The notes below the pieces were generated by a model, which saw nothing but the letters and a program-made list of their open reading frames with translations, was not told the DNA's origin and did no database searches. This document shows, in pieces, positions 56,291-64,000 of a DNA stretch of 64,000 bases. Within the stretch, counting starts at the first letter, position 1; every line of letters begins with the position of its first letter. The position numbers and the translations under genes are program-made. The stretch is from an uncultured Planctomycetales bacterium (lineage in GTDB: Bacteria > Omnitrophota > Gorgyraeia > Gygaellales > Profunditerraquicolaceae): assembly GCA_964579435.1 (NCBI GenBank), contig CAZOGI010000001.1:157907-221906 (forward strand). The letters run 5' to 3'.

Positions 56291-59200
56291 ATGCACACGA
56301 CCAGCGTGAAAAAGACAGCAACGTTCATCCTCGCAGGTATCCTGCTCTTTGCGCACTCCCTTGGTCCGCGCGCGCTCGAAGCGGCTGCTCTGTCTCCTGT
56401 GAGCGCCGAAACTGCCTGGTTGCCTCCAGGGAATGCCAGCGCCTCTTTGCGGGGACTTTCGTATGAGCAAGGGCAAAACTGCTTCCGTCTCCTGTTCGAG
56501 CGCGCCGCGATCGCGGGCATCGGCCCCGCTGAACTGGATTCCCTGACACGCCGGTTTCTGAATTATTTTTTCATCGCCCTGGCGCTTCCCGAAGAGTCGT
56601 TCTGGGTGAATCTGCGGCCGGATAAACCCGACGGCATTATCGATCCCGCGCTTGCGCAGACAGCGGTCGGCGCCATTCTCCTGGAGACCGACCTGTTGCT
56701 TAAACAGGATACTGCCCGCGCCACCGCGCCGGATACGGCATCGGGGAGGCTGTATTGGGAAAAGCTCTATCGCAAGGCGCAGGAGTTGTATGGTTCGGCG
56801 CAGGTCAGTATCCCCACGCTGTGCCGCCCTTGGATCGTGCCGGAGGAGATCGTCATGCGCATGACGGCGGGCAACGCGTACGTGTACAAGGCGACTTTGA
56901 AGGTGATGCTGGAGGAGGATTATATACAAGACACAAGTCACCTGTCACCAGACACCGGTGTGATGAGGCAGTATGCGTTCGCGGATGAGCGGGCGAAAGA
57001 GTTGAATGAGTACGCCGCACAACTGATGCGCGAACTGGTCGTGCCGGAGCTGACGCGCAAGGTGAACAACGGACGGGAGTACGCCGCCCTGCGGCAGGTC
57101 TATCAGGCGCTGATTCTGGCGCAGTGGTTCAAGCGGACGGTCCGTTCTGGCGGCGCGTTCGCGCCGCTGGTCAACGGCGGGGCCCCTTCGTCGTTGCGGC
57201 TGCGGTCGCCGCCGGATGTGCGCGGGTACTTCCGTGCGTACCAGCGGCTCGTCCGGCAGGGTGCGTATGATATGCGGGCCGGCGGTTATGCCGGGGGGGA
57301 GCGAGTGGCGCGCCGCTATTTTTCCGGGGGCATTGTCCTGCGCGCCGGACCCGCGATCGACGCGGGAGGCTTTTCCGGCACCAGCGCAACTTTTCCTCCC
57401 GCAGGAACCGCCGCCTTGACCGTCGAAGTGGAAGCGAGTATGTCCGCGCGGGAGGTCGGGCAACCGCAACGCATCGTTGCCGCTGTTGTCCAGCCGCAGG
57501 CCGATGCGGGGATAGCCAGCGACCACCATGCCGGCACGACGCGCGCGCAGCACCTGGCATTTCATCGCGGCGGAGATTTTGCCACGGTTTTGCGCTGGAT
57601 CGCACAAGAAGATCTGGGTCTGGTTGCCGGCAGCGACGGGTGGTTCGATCTGCGCCGGCGGTTACAGGAGGAGCCCCAGAGGCGCCTCGTTTTTGACGGT
57701 CTTGATCGGCGCGGGCAGAAACGGCATACCGAGCTGCGCCTGGAATCTGACGGCGCGCTGGTAGTGGTAGACAGCCGCCTGCGCAAGGACCATGCCGGGA
57801 GAGGCCAATTTGCAGTCTATGCGCGCAACGAAGGCAAGGTGGTGCATGAGCTCTCGGAGCTGCGGTCATGGGCGGCATATGCCCGGGATGAGCTGGGGAT
57901 CATCACTGCTGCCGAGATCAGGGACGGGAAGCTGGGGATACGGCTGCGCCGCTGGATGAACGGACTGGGCGAAGACGAAGCACGGGATTTTTCCGTCGGG
58001 TCGTTTGAGATCAGCCGCAGACAAAAGCGGATCCGGGAAAAAGCCGATACGTTCCATCGCGACGCGCTTATCGAAGAGTTCGTCTTTTGGGCAAAACGGC
58101 AGAGATTACTGGGCACGGCCCAGACGGCATGGGAGCAGCTCCAAGAGGTCTGCGCGCAGGCGGGCACGCGGCCGCAGGAGCTGTTCCGCAGGTACCGCGC
58201 GCAGGAAGGGGTTTTCGAAATCTCGCCCCTCATGCAGGCGCTCTTAACACAGACGGACTTGGCGAAGTACAACTTTTTCGGCCTCCTTTTTGTCACCCGC
58301 CAAAATCTGCTGTCGCCGCTTGCGGTGCGCATCGCCGCGAAAATGAGCACCTATCCTTTGGTCTATGATCCCGACGGGCTCATCGATATTGAGGTGCGCC
58401 TCGTGGAGTATCTGCGCGCGGCTTTGGCGGCAAACCAGGAGCTGTTGGGGCCAGAGGGGGTGCGGGAGTGTCTTGCCACCGCCGCTCCCGTGCTGAGCGG
58501 ATTCTATCCGCACATGCATCAGCATCCGCTGGCTTGGGTAAGCCGGTATACCCAGGCCGAAATGCGTATCCGCGTGCTGCTGGCGGTGCGTTCTCTTGAG
58601 GATCTGATTACGGACGGGCGGCTTCCCGAGGAGCTGATCGCTTATCTGCAGGAGATCGGCTCGCTTGATCCGCTCATCGCCTTGGCCGACGAAAAGCTCC
58701 TCGCCGATTTTGGGATGTCCCTCCCGGTCCGCATGCGCGCGTTGCGTCAGGAGTATCCGGATTTCGTGCGGCGGTACCGGCAGCGGCAGGCGCTGCTTCC
58801 GGAGCCGGAAGAGGCAGAGGAGGAATTTGATTTCATCATCGCTTCCTCTGGAGGCGCGCCGGAGGGGGAAGCCGCAGCATCAGCCGCTGCGCTGCGCAGC
58901 ATCCTTGCGCCGCATCTGCTGGTGCCCGTTGACCTGGAGTTGGTCCTGCAGGCTGTCGAGCGCTCTCCTCGCCGAGAGGCTGCGCTTCAGGCGGTCACCG
59001 TTCTGTGCCGGGAGTTCGTGCGCAATAAGGTTACCCCGATAGACAGCGCGTTGCTCTTGCGCAGCTGCGCCAAATCTTCCTCGTTGAGCGAGGCGGCGCG
59101 GCTCTTTGCCCAGCACCAGCGGTACCTGCGCGTACTGCGGCTGGACCCGCAGCAGCAGCCGGCGATCGTGCGCGCGATCGCCCTTTCGGCGCAACCGGCC

Positions 59201-61489
59201 GAAGCGGCCCGGCGCGCACTGGGGTTTATGGCCGGCAACGCCGGATGGCTGCGCGAGCACAGTCGTCAGCTGCCCTTTGAAACGGTCCGCCTCCTGTTTT
59301 CGGGGACGCTGCAGGAACCGCTTCCGGCATTCGTTTGCGCGACCGCGCCGGTCGGCCATTTGGCGGAGCGCGGCGCACTGGCGGTGCAGCTCAATACCCT
59401 GCCCCGCGCCGTTACGGAATACATCATCGCCTATCTGCAAACCGTCCCGCCGGAAAAACAGTTTTCCTCTGTGCGCGGAATTAAAGAGATGGTGCGCAAC
59501 GGCGGCATGCTTCCCGAGGATACCCTGCAGGACTGGGAGCTGCTCTTGAACCGCTATATTGCGGATTTCGCCTTCCTTGCCTGCCGGCCGCTGATCCTCC
59601 TGCAGCGGCGGCTCTTTCGCGCCGAAGCCTTGCCCGAAGATGGGCTGCTCTCGATCGCTGCGACGGGAGAGGAGGGGGTTGCCCTCCTGGCCGCCCGGGT
59701 TGCGGCGATTAAAGAGGAGCTGTTCCTGCGCAGACAGATCCGCGAGCAGGACCTGCGACATCCGGCTTTTAAGGCGCTTGTTGCCTGGATAACCGGGTTT
59801 TCCAGCGCCAGTTGGGGCCACGGTAAGAACGAAGGGATGGAGTTGGATTATTTCCTTGAGCGGTTCAGGGCCACCGCGGCTCCTCCCCTTGATGCCGCGT
59901 TAACACAGGCGCCGCCTTCGTCTTTCAGCGTCCGCCCGGAAAGGATCGAGTTTACCGAGGATGAACGGCAGATGTATTCCCGCTATCAGCGTATTTTCTC
60001 TCGGGCGCTCTTGTTGTACCATCAGGCCGGATCCGCCGAAGCGACTCTTATCGTTCTGAAAGAGGAGGCGCGCAAAGAGCTCCTGCGGGCAACACGGGAG
60101 CTTGAGCGCTCACGCAAAGAGAGAGGGGCCGGCGCCGTTCTGGAGCATCTGGCCCGCCGGCAGCGGGCCTTCGAGCGCGCGCAGGCTGGCGTCGCCGCGG
60201 CCGCGACCCTCGAATCGTTCTGCTGGGAGATCGTCTCCGGCGTGCCCGAGGTTCTGGAGCACAGTCCGCTCCTGCAGGAACAGGTGATCGTCGCGCTCCT
60301 GCAGGAGGCTTTCCGTCAGGATCCCGCAGCCCTGGAGCGCATTGCCGAGATCGAGCAGGAAGAGCTCAGTATGCGTTCGCTTGACAAGATCCTTGCCTTC
60401 AAAAACGACTATTTCAATAAGATCGAACCGCCCAACTCGATCTTAAACGAACGGCCGCCCCAGGAGGCCAAGCAGATACTGCGGGTCTTTCGCGTGTCGA
60501 TTTTCGAACAGGTGTATGCGCGCACCAAAACCGTCTCACCGCCCGAAGAGGAGCCGTTGGTGCTGCGCGGATTTCTCACCCGGGATATCCTGGGTGAGCT
60601 GGCCGGGGACATCGGCGACGCCTGCTATACGGCGTTGCCGCACATCATGAATTACCCGGCGATGGTCGGAGCGCTCATCTTCACGACCGGGCAAGGGCTG
60701 GATGCGCGTTTTGCCGGGTCGGTCCTTGTCCTGAAGAATTCCGTTGCGGGAAAGCCGGTGTGGATCCTGCGCGGCATCAATCCGCAGGAAGATGTCGTCG
60801 CCGATTACAGCGCCGCGGATTTCCTGGACGGGGTTCTGCGCACCTGCGTGGAGCTGGCGCAGGCGTATAATGCCGCCCGCCCGCCGCAGGAGCAGGTACA
60901 CCGGATCCTGACCCCGGCTCTCGACGAAGGAGCTCTCAGCAATCAGCGCAAGATCAATTCCGTCGTCAAACAGCGGATTGGGCGCAGCCGGGCAGTTATT
61001 CTCGACCACAAAGAGACGTTTAATTTTCACGACATCACCGCTGCCTGTAAAGAATTGGCGACGATCGTCCCTGCTGCCCCGGAGGCGCGTGCGCAGGTCC
61101 CGGGGCCGCTCGTTGCGCAGTCGATTGCCTCATCCCCCGCGCCGGCGCCTCAAGGGCCTGAGACGCAGGTGGGGGGGATAGATCTTCGTTCATTGCCGAT
61201 GTTATCTGAGACGGGCTGGACGGCTGCGCCTGTTCCGGGGCGGGGAGGCGTAGATCTGGAACAGGAGTGGCGGCGTCTGCACCACCTGCTTTCTGCGGGG
61301 ATCGCGCCCTCCGCGCGCAGGATAGCGGATTGTGCCGCCGCCTGCAGCCGCAGCCCGGCGTTTCGCCAGGAATTCAGAGAGCGTCTTCTCGGCTGTATCA
61401 GTCAGACCTTGCTCATCCAGGAGCGGCGCGGGTGCGCTACCGAACCGCTCCTGCAGCGGGCGCTGATCCTTCTGGACAACGCCGAGTGA
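56291..61489 (+). CDS. Giant exported protein of unknown function (1,732 aa)
   Basis: It is an uninterrupted 5.2-kb ORF. ATG 56291 gives MHTTSVKKTATFILAGILLFAHSLGPRALEA (signal peptide or anchor). The sequence is rich in Leu, Ala, Arg and Glu residues. I recognise no catalytic or repeat family. Its N-terminal ~330 aa are paralogous to the next gene. Confidence 0.7.
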   Translation: MHTTSVKKTATFILAGILLFAHSLGPRALEAAALSPVSAETAWLPPGNASASLRGLSYEQGQNCFRLLFERAAIAGIGPAELDSLTRRFLNYFFIALALPEESFWVNLRPDKPDGIIDPALAQTAVGAILLETDLLLKQDTARATAPDTASGRLYWEKLYRKAQELYGSAQVSIPTLCRPWIVPEEIVMRMTAGNAYVYKATLKVMLEEDYIQDTSHLSPDTGVMRQYAFADERAKELNEYAAQLMRELVVPELTRKVNNGREYAALRQVYQALILAQWFKRTVRSGGAFAPLVNGGAPSSLRLRSPPDVRGYFRAYQRLVRQGAYDMRAGGYAGGERVARRYFSGGIVLRAGPAIDAGGFSGTSATFPPAGTAALTVEVEASMSAREVGQPQRIVAAVVQPQADAGIASDHHAGTTRAQHLAFHRGGDFATVLRWIAQEDLGLVAGSDGWFDLRRRLQEEPQRRLVFDGLDRRGQKRHTELRLESDGALVVVDSRLRKDHAGRGQFAVYARNEGKVVHELSELRSWAAYARDELGIITAAEIRDGKLGIRLRRWMNGLGEDEARDFSVGSFEISRRQKRIREKADTFHRDALIEEFVFWAKRQRLLGTAQTAWEQLQEVCAQAGTRPQELFRRYRAQEGVFEISPLMQALLTQTDLAKYNFFGLLFVTRQNLLSPLAVRIAAKMSTYPLVYDPDGLIDIEVRLVEYLRAALAANQELLGPEGVRECLATAAPVLSGFYPHMHQHPLAWVSRYTQAEMRIRVLLAVRSLEDLITDGRLPEELIAYLQEIGSLDPLIALADEKLLADFGMSLPVRMRALRQEYPDFVRRYRQRQALLPEPEEAEEEFDFIIASSGGAPEGEAAASAAALRSILAPHLLVPVDLELVLQAVERSPRREAALQAVTVLCREFVRNKVTPIDSALLLRSCAKSSSLSEAARLFAQHQRYLRVLRLDPQQQPAIVRAIALSAQPAEAARRALGFMAGNAGWLREHSRQLPFETVRLLFSGTLQEPLPAFVCATAPVGHLAERGALAVQLNTLPRAVTEYIIAYLQTVPPEKQFSSVRGIKEMVRNGGMLPEDTLQDWELLLNRYIADFAFLACRPLILLQRRLFRAEALPEDGLLSIAATGEEGVALLAARVAAIKEELFLRRQIREQDLRHPAFKALVAWITGFSSASWGHGKNEGMELDYFLERFRATAAPPLDAALTQAPPSSFSVRPERIEFTEDERQMYSRYQRIFSRALLLYHQAGSAEATLIVLKEEARKELLRATRELERSRKERGAGAVLEHLARRQRAFERAQAGVAAAATLESFCWEIVSGVPEVLEHSPLLQEQVIVALLQEAFRQDPAALERIAEIEQEELSMRSLDKILAFKNDYFNKIEPPNSILNERPPQEAKQILRVFRVSIFEQVYARTKTVSPPEEEPLVLRGFLTRDILGELAGDIGDACYTALPHIMNYPAMVGALIFTTGQGLDARFAGSVLVLKNSVAGKPVWILRGINPQEDVVADYSAADFLDGVLRTCVELAQAYNAARPPQEQVHRILTPALDEGALSNQRKINSVVKQRIGRSRAVILDHKETFNFHDITAACKELATIVPAAPEARAQVPGPLVAQSIASSPAPAPQGPETQVGGIDLRSLPMLSETGWTAAPVPGRGGVDLEQEWRRLHHLLSAGIAPSARRIADCAAACSRSPAFRQEFRERLLGCISQTLLIQERRGCATEPLLQRALILLDNAE
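56898..56992 (+). repeat. 95-nt near-identical tract, copy 1 (partner at 62241-62335)
   Basis: 92/95 nt are identical between the two paralogous genes. The mismatches are A/G, A/G and G/A. By eye, the flanking coding sequence is only roughly two-thirds identical. Confidence 0.85.
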
Positions 61490-61645
61490 GCCTGCTTTGG
61501 AGCAAGCGCTTTCCGTAAAACCCGCCCCGCGTCTTGTATCACTTCTCCCAACGGCTATATTTATTATTGGCTGATAACCACCTTTTTCCGGAACGCTGCG
61601 CCTGCGCTGATTTGGTACGGCTGTTTCGGGATACGTCCTTTCCTT

Positions 61646-64000
61646 ATGGCTCGAAAAGCAATCTGTCTAGGGCTCTGCTGTATCCTGCTCCTGCAGCAAT
61701 CCGGGTTTACGCAAGCTGTGGCGCCGGCAAAGGCACCGGTGTTGCCGTTGCCGTCGAGCGCCTCGGGGGAACGGTTCAGGCCTGCGCACCTGCGGTCTCT
61801 GGGCTATGATGAGCGCCAAACGCACCTGGAGCTTATCGTTGACCGGGGAGATCAGAAACAGCCGGGCTCATCCGAAGCAACAGAAACGACCCGCCGCCTT
61901 CTTTCATTTTTCCTCATCGGCATCAGCCTGCCCGAGAGATCCTTCTGGGTGAACCTGCGTCCCGATACCCCGCAAGAGATCATTGATCCGCTTCTGGCCC
62001 AGACCGACGTCGGCAAGATCATGCTGGAGGCGGACCTGCAGCTCAAAAAAGATACGGCAGCCGCGACCTCTCCACAGACCCCGGGGGGGAAGGCGTATTG
62101 GGATAAACTGTACCGCAGGGCAGAAGAGCTTTTCGGCGGCAGCCGGATGTCCTTTCCCACTCTCTCTCGGCCCTGGATTGTCCCGGGGGAGATCATTGTG
62201 CGCGAGACTTCCCGGAACGCATACGTCTATAAAGCGACGCTGAAGGTGATGCTGGAGGAGGATTATATACGAGACACAAGTCACCTGTCACCGGACACCA
62301 GTGTGATGAGGCAGTATGCGTTCGCGGATGAGCGGCTCAGGCAGCTCAATGCCTACGCCGCGCAGCTGATGCGCGAGCTGATTATTCCGGAGCTGACGCG
62401 CAAAGTCAATACCGAGCGTTCGTATGCCCCGCTTCGCCAGGTGTATTATGCGCTGATCCTGGCGCAATGGTTTAAGCGGCGCTTCCGCGGCGCCGGCGGC
62501 CTTTACGCGGAAAGGATCGACAGCGCCGATCTGCTCGGTTTGCGCTCAGCGCAGACTGCCGACGTTCAGGAGTACTATAGGCGGTATCAACAATCGTTCC
62601 GGGACGGGGAATATCGTTTGCAGGCCCCTGCCTATTCGCTGTCCGGAAAAAGCGTGCGCCACTATTTTTCCGGGGGCATTCAGCCGCTCCCGTCCCAACT
62701 GCCGGCGCCCGGAAAATCCGAAACGCTTCCGGGCGGGGGGCTTTATTCCTCGGTTGATGCCAGCGCCCACAGGCGCTTGCCGCAGGACCCTGATCGCGGC
62801 CTGCGTTTTAGCGTCGGGGTGAGTCAAGCGCTGGCTCCTGTTCCGGGCCTGGAGCCGTCGGTTCCCGCAGCGGTCCCCGGGGCGCTGCTTGTCACCGCCG
62901 GGAGCACATACGCCCCAACGGCTTCTCCTCAAGAGAATGCGGAGGCGCTTGTGCGGCTGTTCCTGGGGATCGGTGCCGGCGAGGACCTCGCCGCAGCCCT
63001 CGAAGCGCAGTTTAAGGCCGATCCCACCGAGCTCCTCAACGCCGCGCGTGAAATGCAAGCGGCGCGCGCACTGCCATCTCTTTTTCAGGGCCGCAGGCAT
63101 TTCATCTCTTCGTTCTTTGCGGAAAACGACGCCGCAGGTGCCGCGGGCAAAGAGGTGCTGCAGGCGGCCGCCGAACGCCTTTTTGTTTTTCTTGTCGAAC
63201 ACATAGCCCAAGAAGATCATCAGCCGCCGGCTCCCGAAGCATCCCCAGAGGCGCTGATCCGCGCCGGCAACAAGGTGGTTCTTGAAGACGGAAGCAGCGT
63301 CCTCATAACCCACGCGATCAGCGTCGGCGAATCTCGCCCCGGGGAGCAGTCGCAAGACGGTCGCACTACGCGGCCTCAGGCGCACGCCTTCGGCGCCGAA
63401 GGCGTTTTTTACGGTCTCTACGTGCGCGACCGCGGCACCCGAACGATTTATCTGGATCGCGCCGGCCTTGCCGAACGCTTGCAGGATCCGCACCAGCGAC
63501 GGGCTTTTGCCCGCGTCCTGGGAAGGGAGTCATTCAGCATCGAAGATGCGGCGCGTTTCCTTGACGGACACGAGACGTTCCATGCCCTGGTTGATGAACT
63601 GCGTCTGCGGGAAGAGTTGCCCGAGATGAGCCAGGAGCAGGAGGAGGCATTGGCGGACCTGTTCGGCAGGGATTTTGCTTTCGGCGAGGTGACGCTGGAT
63701 ATTCGCCTGCAATCCTTGCTGACGAAGATGAGCAGGCTGCTGCGGGTGGATGTCGCGCGGGTGCTGCGCAAGAGAGGAACGATCGAAGAGGCGCTCGGCT
63801 ATCTGGGCATCTTTGTTTCCCTGGAGTGGTCGGTCTCCGGCAGCGAGCTTGCCCGCCTTGCCCGGGCGCCTGCGCCGGCGGGAGAGCGGCTGGTACGGCC
63901 TTTCCTGGTGACCGAGCGTACGGCCCTGACCCCTACGCCTAACCGCCGCGATAACGCTTTTGAAGACATGATCGCCCGCTCCAGCTCGCGTTCGCGCGCG
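61646..64000 (+). CDS. Second giant exported protein, paralogue of the preceding gene (first 785 aa; runs off the right edge)
   Basis: Hand translation from ATG 61646 gives MARKAICLGLCCILLLQQSGFTQAVAPA..., with no stop to position 64000. It is absent from the ORF track because it is open-ended. It shares FWVNLRPD, RPWIVP, NAYVYKATLKVMLEEDYI, RQVY.ALILAQWFKR and HYFSGGI blocks with the upstream gene. Confidence 0.65.
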   Translation, partial: MARKAICLGLCCILLLQQSGFTQAVAPAKAPVLPLPSSASGERFRPAHLRSLGYDERQTHLELIVDRGDQKQPGSSEATETTRRLLSFFLIGISLPERSFWVNLRPDTPQEIIDPLLAQTDVGKIMLEADLQLKKDTAAATSPQTPGGKAYWDKLYRRAEELFGGSRMSFPTLSRPWIVPGEIIVRETSRNAYVYKATLKVMLEEDYIRDTSHLSPDTSVMRQYAFADERLRQLNAYAAQLMRELIIPELTRKVNTERSYAPLRQVYYALILAQWFKRRFRGAGGLYAERIDSADLLGLRSAQTADVQEYYRRYQQSFRDGEYRLQAPAYSLSGKSVRHYFSGGIQPLPSQLPAPGKSETLPGGGLYSSVDASAHRRLPQDPDRGLRFSVGVSQALAPVPGLEPSVPAAVPGALLVTAGSTYAPTASPQENAEALVRLFLGIGAGEDLAAALEAQFKADPTELLNAAREMQAARALPSLFQGRRHFISSFFAENDAAGAAGKEVLQAAAERLFVFLVEHIAQEDHQPPAPEASPEALIRAGNKVVLEDGSSVLITHAISVGESRPGEQSQDGRTTRPQAHAFGAEGVFYGLYVRDRGTRTIYLDRAGLAERLQDPHQRRAFARVLGRESFSIEDAARFLDGHETFHALVDELRLREELPEMSQEQEEALADLFGRDFAFGEVTLDIRLQSLLTKMSRLLRVDVARVLRKRGTIEEALGYLGIFVSLEWSVSGSELARLARAPAPAGERLVRPFLVTERTALTPTPNRRDNAFEDMIARSSSRSRA
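62241..62335 (+). repeat. 95-nt near-identical tract, copy 2 (partner at 56898-56992)
   Basis: Same as copy 1. It encodes KVMLEEDYIRDTSHLSPDTSVMRQYAFADER. Confidence 0.85.

Noticed and set aside
56267-56941. Two minus-strand ORFs with similar N-termini (MTCVLYIILLQHHLQ... at 56267-56941 and MTCVSYIILLQHHLQ... at 61904-62284), which might suggest a conserved antisense small protein.
   Set aside because: The similarity is simply the reverse complement of the 95-nt near-identical tract within the sense-strand paralogues. Outside the tract the antisense translations diverge and are low complexity. An antisense function cannot be fully excluded.

Overview
This looks like the replication-origin region of a high-GC bacterial chromosome, probably an uncultivated lineage; I cannot place the taxon from sequence alone. 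Single 60-nt lines that I hand-counted range from 25% to 78% G+C.

Gene content and orientation:
- The core cluster is parB-parA-jag-yidC-yidD-rpmH on the minus strand, diverging from dnaA-dnaN-DUF721(DciA-like)-gyrB-gyrA on the plus strand.
- All 50 CDS, 3 tRNAs and 1 ncRNA candidate that I call left of about 45.4 kb are on the minus strand. All 9 CDS and 1 tRNA right of it are on the plus strand. This fits oriC lying in the rpmH-dnaA and/or dnaA-dnaN spacers.
- The left arm is mostly housekeeping: nth-like, hypC/hypD plus a C-terminal-only hypF, gltX, a four-subunit 2-oxoacid:ferredoxin oxidoreductase, dxs, xseAB, ymdB-rny, pheST, trkH/trkA, thrS-infC-rpmI-rplT, coaC-rpoZ-gmk-yicC-ndk.
- Envelope and signalling genes are interspersed: a PilZ-coiled-coil-glycosidase-like fusion, a transglutaminase-like lipoprotein, a GH39-like protein, a GT-C glycosyltransferase, and a B12-radical-SAM gene with a CheY-like receiver.
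- The ORF track misses several features that I recovered by reading the sequence:
  - rpmH
  - a 52-aa lipoprotein
  - two edge-truncated ORFs
  - four tRNAs
  - a probable 6S RNA with its own promoter and terminator, upstream of the ygfA homologue

Most interesting observations:
1. A tandem pair of very large paralogous exported proteins of no family I recognise (1,732 aa, plus at least 785 aa running off the window). They share a 95-nt, 92/95-identical tract, and one copy has an HExxH motif.
2. The 6S RNA candidate.
3. rnpA is absent from its canonical rpmH-yidD slot.
4. Sharp AT-rich blocks sit inside core genes (yidC, parA, the gyrB insertion).
5. A DEDDh exonuclease is fused to a WYL-like domain.

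No CRISPR array, transposase or integrase was seen.
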